Assembly (NCBI GenBank): GCA_040876265.1
Contig: JBBDPN010000001.1
Location: forward strand, 438,208-502,207
Reading direction: 5' to 3'
Source: Candidatus Woykebacteria bacterium
GTDB lineage: Bacteria; Patescibacteriota; Microgenomatia; Woykebacterales; RBG-16-39-9b
DNA length: 64,000 bases
Each line of letters opens with the position of its first letter. The first letter of the stretch is position 1. Positions 45,629 to 54,344 of the stretch are shown in pieces. Below the pieces are notes generated by a model. It did not search any database. It was given only the letters and a program-made list of their open reading frames with translations, and was not told the DNA's origin. The translations under genes were made by a program, and so were the position numbers.

Positions 45629-46645
45629 TCACCCCTTGATTTGTTTTCCCGCTCGAATCACCTGCTCTATCAGGCGGTGCGAATAACCTATCTCATTGTC
45701 ATACCAGGCAAATACTTTTACCAGGTCTCCATCTACTACTTGCGTCAAGGATAAATCGACGATGGAACTCTCGGTCCGACCAACAATATCTGATGAAACC
45801 AACGGTTCTTCGGTAACTGCCAAAACTCCTTTGTATACCGGGTTAGCAGACGCTTCCTCGAACGCTTTATTTACTTCCTCGGTCGTTACTTTTTTCTTGA
45901 GCAGAAAGGTGAAATCTGAGATGGATCCAACTGGTGTTGGTACGCGAATAGCTGCTCCATCAAAAAGTCCTTTGAGTTCCGGGATCGCTTCGGTTGTCGC
46001 AATTGCTGCACCAGTAGTGGTGGGGACAATATTTTCCGCTGCTGCTCGAGCGCGTCGCAAATCCTTGTGTGGCCCATCCTGCAAATTTTGATCGGCAGTG
46101 TAACTGTGAACTGTAGTCATTAGTGCCTTGGCGACACCAAACTTCGCGTGCATCACCGCTGCCACCGGTGCGATACAATTTGTCGTGCAGGAAGCATTAT
46201 TTATTATCTGCTCACTACCGTCATCTTTTTCTGCGTTTACCCCGATCAGATACGTACCAATATCCCCGCCTTTGGCTGGGGCAGAGATAACTACCCTCTT
46301 TGCACCGACTTTGATGTGACCCATGCTGCCTTCTTTGTTGGTGAAAAATCCGGTTGATTCAATCACTACATCTACACCAAGTTCTCGCCACGGCAAGTTT
46401 GCTGGTTCTTTTTCTGAAAAGATTTGGTATTTTTTGCTACCGACTTCTATATTATTACCGCTTGAGGAAACTTTTTTATCGTAAACCCCGTACGCAGTAT
46501 CGTATTTGAGTAGATGAGCAAGAGTAGCAGCGTCGGTAAGATCATTAATCCCAACAATAACGACTTCATTTTTGTGGTGATCGAGGGCAACTTTAAAAGC
46601 ACTCCGACCAATACGCCCAAAACCGTTGATAGCTACTTTAAGCAT
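45629..46645 (-). CDS. gap: glyceraldehyde-3-phosphate dehydrogenase, type I
   Basis: INGFGRIGR and ASCTTNCIAP are present. SD AGGAG precedes the ATG. Confidence 0.95.
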   Translation of the reverse strand: MLKVAINGFGRIGRSAFKVALDHHKNEVVIVGINDLTDAATLAHLLKYDTAYGVYDKKVSSSGNNIEVGSKKYQIFSEKEPANLPWRELGVDVVIESTGFFTNKEGSMGHIKVGAKRVVISAPAKGGDIGTYLIGVNAEKDDGSEQIINNASCTTNCIAPVAAVMHAKFGVAKALMTTVHSYTADQNLQDGPHKDLRRARAAAENIVPTTTGAAIATTEAIPELKGLFDGAAIRVPTPVGSISDFTFLLKKKVTTEEVNKAFEEASANPVYKGVLAVTEEPLVSSDIVGRTESSIVDLSLTQVVDGDLVKVFAWYDNEIGYSHRLIEQVIRAGKQIKG

Positions 46646-46789
46646 GATTTAGCTCCTTTAGTCCACTTTAGTGGTCGCAGCACGCAGAGTTTTCGGGTTC
46701 GGCACGGAGTGCGGAACGCATAGAATACGAGCGTGCTATATTTACTATAGACAACACGCAGTTCAAACGCAACTGCTAAGAGGGTGTTT

Positions 46790-47494
46790 TTACTGAAGAA
46801 TATTGATCAAACTTTCAACATTGGCAAATCTTGCTAAGTTTTGGGTAAAAACTAAGACGCCGATACCCAACAGAACAGCCCCAAAAACTATTCGAATGTA
46901 ACGCATGGCCTTGGCGTATTTACTGATAAGCCTTGAAGCTGAAGCGGCGAACAAACCCACAACGAGGAAGGGCAGAGCCAATCCCAAAGAATATGAAAAA
47001 AGTAGGACAAAGGCCGATCCAGGTGCAGTTGCCGCCAGTCCCAAAATGGCACCGAGTACCGCTCCCACACATGGCGTCCACCCAGCGGCAAAAGCAGCTC
47101 CAAAGACAAACGCGGTCAAATATTTTGATTTAAATTTGGTTTGAACATTAAACCGATGCTCCCTTTCTAAAAAGGGTAAATGAATAAATTCCATGAGATA
47201 AAGACCAAAGAAAATTATGAGAATACCACCAACCCGTGACAGCCAAGCCTGAGCGTCAAAAGCGATACTTTCTAAAATTGTGTTTAGCAGTACACCCAAC
47301 AAGGAAAATATCAGCGTAAAACCTAATACGTAAAATATAGTAGTGATGAATATTTCGGCTCGCCTATTTTCTGCTTCAGCAATATTAGTTCCAGATAAAT
47401 AAGATAAAAACGCGGGGACCAGCGGCAATACGCAAGGGGATAAAAAAGAAATAAGTCCAGCAACAAAAGCAAATATTATCGGTACTTCAGTCAT
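46790..47494 (-). CDS. ccdA: cytochrome c-type biogenesis/thiol-disulfide transporter CcdA (DsbD family)
   Basis: Two conserved Cys (LSPCVLPLVPAF and GWTPCVGAVLG) sit in a protein of about 6 TM. Confidence 0.8.
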   Translation of the reverse strand: MTEVPIIFAFVAGLISFLSPCVLPLVPAFLSYLSGTNIAEAENRRAEIFITTIFYVLGFTLIFSLLGVLLNTILESIAFDAQAWLSRVGGILIIFFGLYLMEFIHLPFLEREHRFNVQTKFKSKYLTAFVFGAAFAAGWTPCVGAVLGAILGLAATAPGSAFVLLFSYSLGLALPFLVVGLFAASASRLISKYAKAMRYIRIVFGAVLLGIGVLVFTQNLARFANVESLINILQ

Positions 47495-47497
47495 TTC

Positions 47498-48070
47498 TTA
47501 TAGAGATTTATTAATTTCATCTATATATCTTTCTTTCTCCCAGCTTTCTGGAGATTTCAGGATACGTTCACCGTTTTTTAGAAAGACTTTGGTGTGCTGA
47601 TAAGCGATCCCAAATTCGCGAGCCAGCTCTACCTCATCATCATCCGTATCACTATCATTAAAATTAACCCTGAAACCAATTACTTCGTCTGCCTCCAGCT
47701 CATCAAACACTTCTTCCATCTTGGGAAACTCTTCGCGGCAAGTAGGGCACCAATTGGCGTAAAAATACAAAACAATTAGTTTGCCGGTTTGCAAAGCTTT
47801 GTCATAATCAGCCTTTTCAAAAGAGAGGAGTGGAGATGAACTACCAGCCAAGAGTGTGCCAGAAAAGCCTTCCGCAGAATTTTGGTTGGTAGCTGAAGCG
47901 GTCGCGGAGTTTTTGTCTTCCGTCTGGTTAACTTGTTGTGACGAAGTTTCTTCGCCACTCTTTTTTGAATTTGCGCTCTGGAAAAAATACCCTAATAACC
48001 CAAGTACCAAGGCTAATGAAATACCGCCTACCAATATTGGAGCCAGGCCCTTTTGACGTAAGTTCACCAC
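47498..48070 (-). CDS. membrane-anchored thioredoxin-like (TlpA/ResA-type) oxidoreductase
   Basis: An N-terminal TM helix is present. The active site is WCPTC. Confidence 0.75.
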   Translation of the reverse strand: MVNLRQKGLAPILVGGISLALVLGLLGYFFQSANSKKSGEETSSQQVNQTEDKNSATASATNQNSAEGFSGTLLAGSSSPLLSFEKADYDKALQTGKLIVLYFYANWCPTCREEFPKMEEVFDELEADEVIGFRVNFNDSDTDDDEVELAREFGIAYQHTKVFLKNGERILKSPESWEKERYIDEINKSL

Positions 48071-48207
48071 GCCTACATTATACCATTGTAGGTAATTCCT
48101 CTTATAAATTGTCGTGATGATATTGCAGTCGGAGATGGAAAAGAGCGCCCAAATCTAGTACGTTGATTGACCTTTAAAAAGTGTGAGACTAGTACCAACC
48201 ACCTACG

Positions 48208-48921
48208 TCAAAGGGCCGATTTAATCATATCAAACCAAAATCTATGGCCTTCATCATTTGGGTGTAACCCATCGCTACTTGTGTCTTTTTTATAGTCCGA
48301 AGGATTTACTGGTGGAGCTAATGGACTTATATGAACAACGTTTGAATATTTCTTGGCTTCTTTTGAAATAATTTCAGCATACTTTGGTGCTTGAATTTTG
48401 TGAATCAATCGTACAGGAAAGGGAATTATTGCAGCCTCAAATACCCTGCCGGGACCAACAATTATCAATTTGTCAGTGAGTTTTGCGTATTTCTCTAAAA
48501 CTTCTTTGGTTTCTTCTTCAAATGAAAAAAGGCTAGTAAAATTCAATAAATTGTTAGACGAGACAATGAGGATTACTAAATCTTGTTTTTCCTCGGGTGG
48601 CTTTGTTGACAGCATGTCTGCCATGCGATTTCCATTTTCCGCCCTGTTGGTTAGAACAACATAGTTTTCTTCCGCTAAGTAGTTAGCCACTCTACCGGAG
48701 ACGCTAGTATCAAAACTACTTGCACCAACCCCTGTCGCCACACTATCACCCGCTATAAAAATTTCTAGCTGTCGATTGGATTTATTTCCAAGTTGTACAT
48801 CCTGCGTATAAGTAGTTTTTACTAGATTTCTTGACTGAATATAAAATCGTCCTGAATAGACTATTTGGAGTACAAGATAAAGAGCTAAAATTCCTATAAT
48901 TATTAGCATGGTTTTTTTCAT
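48208..48921 (-). CDS. SGNH/GDSL hydrolase with signal peptide
   Basis: FIAGDSVATGVG carries the GDS Ser nucleophile. The C-terminus has GLHPNDEGH (Asp/His of the triad). The start is taken at MKKTMLIIIG. Confidence 0.65.
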   Translation of the reverse strand: MKKTMLIIIGILALYLVLQIVYSGRFYIQSRNLVKTTYTQDVQLGNKSNRQLEIFIAGDSVATGVGASSFDTSVSGRVANYLAEENYVVLTNRAENGNRMADMLSTKPPEEKQDLVILIVSSNNLLNFTSLFSFEEETKEVLEKYAKLTDKLIIVGPGRVFEAAIIPFPVRLIHKIQAPKYAEIISKEAKKYSNVVHISPLAPPVNPSDYKKDTSSDGLHPNDEGHRFWFDMIKSAL

Positions 48922-48980
48922 CAGTTGAATATGAATAATAACTTTACATTGGATAATTTTCAAGCTAATGTTAGGCTAAG

Positions 48981-49694
48981 ATGAGGAAGAAACTATTCCT
49001 CAAATTTCTGGTTGTTTTCCTGGTTGCGTTTATCGTAAGTGTGGTCCTTCAGAGAATTTTCCAAATCAGCCTGAAAGATCTGGAAACTTTAGTAAATTCA
49101 TTCGGGTTACTAGCACCAATCGCTTACTCGATTATCCTCACCCTTGGGCTCTCTGTACCTTTCAACCCGGTATCCGATTACTTGACCGTAAATTTGGCAG
49201 CTTTCCTGTTTTCACCTGCAACCGCAATAATCGGCACCTTTGTGGCTCATAGCCTAGGTCTAAGTATAAATTATTGGGTGGCTAGTAGATTTGGTTGGAA
49301 AATATTATCGAGATTAGTCAGCCACCAAGAAGCAAATTACCTAGCGGACCTTGCAGAAAAAATAAAACTTTCTCAAATTTTTTGGTTGCGCTGGTTGCTA
49401 CCTCTAACCGCAGTTGGGATAGACTTTGTTAGTTACGCTGCAGGATTGGCGAGCCTCAACTTCGTACGATTTTATTTAGTCAGTATAATTCCTTGGACCG
49501 TTCTTAATATTTTATTTTTCTCTTCAACCAATTTTGTGATTGATAGGTCAACCATTCTTTTCTTCATCCCCGGTCTGATCATAGTCGCCACACCGCTAGC
49601 AGTTCTTTACCTGGCTCGCAAAAACATCCACACAAAGGGAAGAGATGCGTTGCTGAAAGTAGCCAAAAACCTGAAGCCTAGAACCAGAGGTTAG
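48981..49694 (+). CDS. DedA/TVP38-family (VTT domain) membrane protein
   Basis: The sequence FNPVSDYLTVNLAAFLF...VAHSLGLSINYWVASRFG matches the SNARE-associated/VTT pattern. Confidence 0.6.
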   Translation: MRKKLFLKFLVVFLVAFIVSVVLQRIFQISLKDLETLVNSFGLLAPIAYSIILTLGLSVPFNPVSDYLTVNLAAFLFSPATAIIGTFVAHSLGLSINYWVASRFGWKILSRLVSHQEANYLADLAEKIKLSQIFWLRWLLPLTAVGIDFVSYAAGLASLNFVRFYLVSIIPWTVLNILFFSSTNFVIDRSTILFFIPGLIIVATPLAVLYLARKNIHTKGRDALLKVAKNLKPRTRG

Positions 49695-49714
49695 TTTTCT
49701 ATAAAATATTCTTA

Positions 49715-50488
49715 ATGTTTAATGACCTCATCCTGGCGTTGATATTAATATTTTTTATCCAGACCTTTTTCTTTGCCCTTGCGACCATATACAAAACAGA
49801 TAAATTCACTGATCTTGCCTACGGCGTAACTTTTGTAATCATAGCCGGTTTATATTTTTTACTTGGCCCAGCGTCCGGTCCTGTTCCAGTAATTTTGGCG
49901 TTTTTAATTTCTCTTTGGGGCATAAGACTCGCTGGGTTTCTATTTATGAGAATTCTAGCTGTTGGAAGGGATTATCGTTTTGATAGGGTTCGCGATGACC
50001 TGCTCAAATTTGGCGGTTTTTGGCTGCTTCAGGTAGTTACAATTTGGATAATTCTCCTACCAACTCTCGTAATTTTAAGCAGCTCTTTCAGGTTTGACCT
50101 AAACCTAGTTTCTATCTTTGGAATATTCATTTGGGCGGTTGGGTTTTTGACTGAGGTAGCAGCCGATCAACAAAAGGCGGCTTTTCGCGGGAGACCGGAA
50201 AACAGCGGTAAATGGATCCAAAGCGGAATTTGGAAATATTCTCGCCATCCAAATTATTTTGGCGAGATGCTAGTCTGGTGGGGAATCTTCCTCATTGCGC
50301 TTCCTTTTTTAAGAAACTGGGAATACCTAACCGTTATTAGCCCTATCTTTATAACTTCACTTCTCCTATTTGTTAGTGGTATTCCACCTCTTGAGAAAAA
50401 AGCGGATGAGAGATTTGGATCAATTCCAGAATACCAAAATTATAAATCCCGAACATCTCTTCTTATACCCTTACCTCCGAAAAGTTAA
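49715..50488 (+). CDS. DUF1295 / steroid-5-alpha-reductase-like membrane protein
   Basis: YSRHPNYFGEMLVWWG signature. Confidence 0.6.
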   Translation: MFNDLILALILIFFIQTFFFALATIYKTDKFTDLAYGVTFVIIAGLYFLLGPASGPVPVILAFLISLWGIRLAGFLFMRILAVGRDYRFDRVRDDLLKFGGFWLLQVVTIWIILLPTLVILSSSFRFDLNLVSIFGIFIWAVGFLTEVAADQQKAAFRGRPENSGKWIQSGIWKYSRHPNYFGEMLVWWGIFLIALPFLRNWEYLTVISPIFITSLLLFVSGIPPLEKKADERFGSIPEYQNYKSRTSLLIPLPPKS

Positions 50489-50501
50489 TTAACAACTTAT
50501 T

Positions 50502-50720
50502 ATGCTCGATCAATTGAAGAAAGACTTACGAAAATTTTCTAGTCCGCAAAAAGCGAAGCTTTTGCAAAGGTTTTTTAAAACTGGTCCCGGCGAGTATGGC
50601 GAAGGTGATAAATTCCTCGGGTTAAAAGTACCTGAATCTCGCCCAATTGCAAAAAAATATGAGGACATGTTTTCTCACTTTGTTCGAAAATGGAAAAGGC
50701 CCCGGGTCTTGCTTGGTTAG
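50502..50720 (+). pseudogene. N-terminal fragment of DNA alkylation-repair (AlkC/AlkD-like HEAT-repeat) glycosylase, truncated at a GC-rich insertion
   Basis: The sequence [49 protein letters not shown] matches the start of the PF08713 family. The ORF ends after 72 aa exactly where base composition switches to high GC. Confidence 0.5.
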
Positions 50721-50822
50721 CAAGTCGGAGCCTATCCAACTGAATTCCGGTTTTCGCGGGCGGAATCTCAAGGGACAAGAAGACAAGGAGCTCAAGGCTC
50801 CAAGCTTCAAATCCCAAGAACA

Positions 50823-51731
50823 CTACCCGGAGAAGCCAGACGCCGAGCCACAGCTGTCGTAGGCATGGCGGAGCCATCTGCTGCAGAACTCGAGCCGACC
50901 GCCGACGAATCGGACGTACAGGCAGCGCCCGAACCCCACTTCGCCCTCGAATCGGTACTCATCACCGGGGCAGTCGATCCAGAGGATCTCGTAAGCCTCG
51001 AGACGGCCTGGGTTGGTGAGGAGGATGTGTCCCACGCACCAGGCTGGTAGCGGGAATTCATTCTCGCTCTTGTGCTCGATATCCCAGCGGGCGTTCTGTG
51101 GGCTATATCCACCCCACTTCATACCTGTCTGGGCAGGGAACACCAGGAAGTCTCCCTCCGGCTGTTCCGCTTCGAGCTTGCGAATCTCGTCGGCGGCCGA
51201 CTGCCTCATTCGCACCCGGTCGGGTGTGAGCTGACCAGCGCGGTAGTTCTTGAACTTCCGCTGCTTTTCCAAGCGATCCAAGAGGCTGCCTTCGAGCAAC
51301 TGGCCATAGCCTTCGACGAGCGGGTCGACCGTGATGCCGAGTTTCGCAGCGATACTGCTTGGCTTGGGAACCACGAACAATCCGTCGGCAGCTTCGGGAA
51401 CCGTAATTCCCGCAGCGTATCCTTCGACGTGCGAACCGTTGAGGGCCAGGTCAACGTAGACCTCCTGCAAGATAGCGAGCTGCCCCTCTACCGTGGTCGG
51501 TTTCCAGCCGTCCGGGTAGAACCAGCGTAGCTCCTCCTTCTCCTCGGCGAACGGGTTGACCACTTCCTTGACTGCTGCCTCGAAAGTGGCTTGATCGATC
51601 ACGCCGCGACCGATCACTTGGATTGCGCCCCAGTTTGAAATGAGGTTCTGTGCGAACCCCCTGGGGTCAGGCTTTTCCTGTGAGATCAAGTTAAGTACCT
51701 TGATCCCCTGCGGAAGGGTTGCATCTGTCAC
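50823..51731 (-). CDS. orphan 302-aa protein encoded on a ~1.1 kb high-GC insert
   Basis: GTG start with SD GAGAGGAGCGG. GC is about 58% by eye against about 40% in the flanks. No family recognised. Confidence 0.45.
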   Translation of the reverse strand: MTDATLPQGIKVLNLISQEKPDPRGFAQNLISNWGAIQVIGRGVIDQATFEAAVKEVVNPFAEEKEELRWFYPDGWKPTTVEGQLAILQEVYVDLALNGSHVEGYAAGITVPEAADGLFVVPKPSSIAAKLGITVDPLVEGYGQLLEGSLLDRLEKQRKFKNYRAGQLTPDRVRMRQSAADEIRKLEAEQPEGDFLVFPAQTGMKWGGYSPQNARWDIEHKSENEFPLPAWCVGHILLTNPGRLEAYEILWIDCPGDEYRFEGEVGFGRCLYVRFVGGRLEFCSRWLRHAYDSCGSASGFSG

Positions 51732-51888
51732 GATGCCGCTCCTCTCTTTGAAAGCTTCTCTCGAAGCGCTCTCCGATTATTCAGTTGTTGGTGGAATTAT
51801 AGCATAAATAGGCACAAATTGCAACTATAGGATATTCCTACGGGGTTTGTTGGGCTGGTAAGGCTGTGTTAATGTATAATTTGAAGCT

Positions 51889-52761
51889 ATGAATGTCATC
51901 CGCATCAAAAATTTGAAAAAATATTTTGGTAAGACCCGCGCTGTGGATGGTATTTCTTTTGACGCTGGAGAGGGCGAAATCTTAGGTTTTTTGGGGCCAA
52001 ACGGCGCTGGGAAAACTACTACCATTCGCTGCATGATGGATTTTATTCGGCCCACGAGCGGAACGATTGAGATTTTTGGCCTCGACGCTCAGAAAAACGC
52101 GGCGAAACTAAAAAAGGACATTGGCCATCTTTCCAGCGAATCTACCCTGTATGATTCTTGGACAGGCAAAGAACATATAGAGCTGCTGGAAAAAATCCGA
52201 GGGGCCAACGATTTTGGCAACAAGCTAATCAAGGATTTAAAGTTTGACCCTCGCAAAAAAGCAAAAGCTCTTTCTACCGGCAATCGACGGAAACTGGGAA
52301 TCATATTGGCTCTCATGCACCAACCCAAGCTTTTGCTTTTGGACGAACCAACAGTTGGCCTAGATCCACTTCTCCAAAATTACATTTACGATTTGCTAAA
52401 GAAACAAGTGATGAGCGGAAAGACGGTTTTCATGTCTTCTCATAATCTGGCAGAGGTAGAAAAAATTTGTGATCGAGTAGTAGTACTGCGGGACGGAAAG
52501 ATCGTGGCTGTAGAAAAAGTAAGCGAAATCCGCGCCAAGAAAATCTACACTATTAGTGCTTATTTTGAAGGCGAAGTACCCAAAAAAGAATTAAGCGGGG
52601 ATGGTGCTCAGGTTGTCGAAGAATTTTCCGATGGTTTGGCTTTAAAAGTCAAAGGTAATATCAAACCAATAATCGCGCGGTTGAGCCGGTATAAAAATCT
52701 GAAAGACGTTACTATCTCCCACGCCAGTTTGGAAGAAGTATTTATGGAGTTTTATAGATAA
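51889..52761 (+). CDS. ABC transporter ATP-binding protein (ABC-2 exporter type)
   Basis: Walker A GPNGAGKTT, signature LSTGNRRKL and Walker B LLLDEPTVGLD. Confidence 0.9.
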   Translation: MNVIRIKNLKKYFGKTRAVDGISFDAGEGEILGFLGPNGAGKTTTIRCMMDFIRPTSGTIEIFGLDAQKNAAKLKKDIGHLSSESTLYDSWTGKEHIELLEKIRGANDFGNKLIKDLKFDPRKKAKALSTGNRRKLGIILALMHQPKLLLLDEPTVGLDPLLQNYIYDLLKKQVMSGKTVFMSSHNLAEVEKICDRVVVLRDGKIVAVEKVSEIRAKKIYTISAYFEGEVPKKELSGDGAQVVEEFSDGLALKVKGNIKPIIARLSRYKNLKDVTISHASLEEVFMEFYR

Positions 52762-52762
52762 T

Positions 52763-53572
52763 ATGTTTTCATTATTTTTAAAAACTATTCGAAAAAACAT
52801 TTTTGGGCTCGCCGTTTACACTCTTATAAGTGCTGCTTTTGTCTGGATGTACGTGGCCTTTTACCCATCCCTGGCGAAGGAAAGCGAAATACTAAAAAAA
52901 TCTTTTGAAGCGCTGCCAAAAGAATTTTTCCAGGCGTTTGATATTGAAATTGGAACGTATTTTAGCTCCCTTGAAGGTTTTCTCTCTGGGGAATATTTCA
53001 GTATCATCTGGCCAATAGTTCTTATTATCCTGACCATTGCGTACGCTTCTACCTCTATAGCAGGGGAGGTTGAAAAAGGTACTATCGAGCTGCTACTTGC
53101 CCAACCTATCTCCCGTTTAAAAATTTTCTTGGCAAAATATTTCTCTGGCATAGTGATAATTGCCGCTTTCGTGCTGCTTTCCAATTTTTCTGCCGTTCCT
53201 TTTGCCGCGCTACACAATGTGGATTATCAACTTCAAAACTACCTAACTATGTCTATTATTGGATTTCTTTTTGGTTTCGCTATCTTTGGTATTTGCACGT
53301 TGCTTTCGAGTCTGTCTTCCACCAAAGGGCGTCCGGCGGCCATTACTGGAGGGGTATTGATCATCATGTACGCCCTAAATATATTTTCGGCGTTCCAAGA
53401 GTCCATAGATAATCTGAAATTTGCTTCTTTTTTCCACTACTACGATTTTAAAGAAGCCATAGTAAACAATAGCATTGATATAACCAACGTTTCTCTATTT
53501 TTAGCGGTGGGAATAATCACTACCGTGGCGGCTACCGTGGTCTTCATCAAAAGAGATATATCCACCACCTAA
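52763..53572 (+). CDS. ABC-2 family permease
   Basis: Six TM segments. It follows the ATPase gene by 1 nt. Confidence 0.7.
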   Translation: MFSLFLKTIRKNIFGLAVYTLISAAFVWMYVAFYPSLAKESEILKKSFEALPKEFFQAFDIEIGTYFSSLEGFLSGEYFSIIWPIVLIILTIAYASTSIAGEVEKGTIELLLAQPISRLKIFLAKYFSGIVIIAAFVLLSNFSAVPFAALHNVDYQLQNYLTMSIIGFLFGFAIFGICTLLSSLSSTKGRPAAITGGVLIIMYALNIFSAFQESIDNLKFASFFHYYDFKEAIVNNSIDITNVSLFLAVGIITTVAATVVFIKRDISTT

Positions 53573-53638
53573 GCACAACCTCAACTTGCACCCCACCAAA
53601 CAAAGTACATATTTTGAGAAGCTTGGGGGTTATTAGTT

Positions 53639-54193
53639 TTAAAATGGACCAGATCTTGCCTCTTCAACGTGACTTTCTCCAAATGAAATTTTGAATTTCC
53701 CATCTGTATAGCTAACGGAAAGATTATCTGCTCTAGTACTTTCGGTGAGCTTTTGGGCATCAACATAACTTCTGGTTACAACGCCACTTTGGACAAGGCG
53801 TTCCTTTGCTTGCGTCATCTGGGTAAAATAGGCCGGATCCCTTTGTTGCTCTTCGTAGGAGAGGTTCCCACCAGCAACCGCAGTTTCGGTAGGATTGGTG
53901 CCGTTTTTTCGCAAATCCTCCAGAAACTCCGAAACTTCTTGATCAATGATCGGATGAGTAAACATGAAGTGTTTTGCAAAGATGATCTCCCGCTCCCTAT
54001 CGTACCCAACTAATCCGATACAGGGGCCCAAACCTTCCATTGACAGTTCTCCACCATCTGGTGCCTCTACTACGGCAGTTTCGCCCGTGTCCAGCTCTTT
54101 CGCATCAAACTCTTCAAATTTTTCTGTTTCAAGTGTCCCCGCGTCAGAGCCAGCTTCAGGAATATCTGCAGGATCAAATGGGATTTCGCTCAT
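53639..54193 (-). CDS. hypothetical acidic protein (184 aa)
   Basis: The N-terminus is Glu/Asp-rich. No motif recognised. Confidence 0.4.
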   Translation of the reverse strand: MSEIPFDPADIPEAGSDAGTLETEKFEEFDAKELDTGETAVVEAPDGGELSMEGLGPCIGLVGYDREREIIFAKHFMFTHPIIDQEVSEFLEDLRKNGTNPTETAVAGGNLSYEEQQRDPAYFTQMTQAKERLVQSGVVTRSYVDAQKLTESTRADNLSVSYTDGKFKISFGESHVEEARSGPF

Positions 54194-54344
54194 ACAGTTT
54201 AATCTTATTAAAAAATCCCTGCTAATAGCAACTTAAGACTGATCCTGTATTTAGGAGATTGATCTATTTGATCCTCCTTTACTCACGAGGCTGCCTAGCT
54301 TAGAATATGGCTCCTGCCCTTTATTTATTGCTAATTTCTCACTA

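Noticed and set aside
50807-51530. Alternative long ORFs in both strands of the GC-rich insert (101-aa minus, 152-aa plus, 73-aa plus)
   Set aside because: High GC suppresses stop codons in all frames. Only the 302-aa minus-strand frame has a canonical SD plus a GTG start and spans the whole insert.
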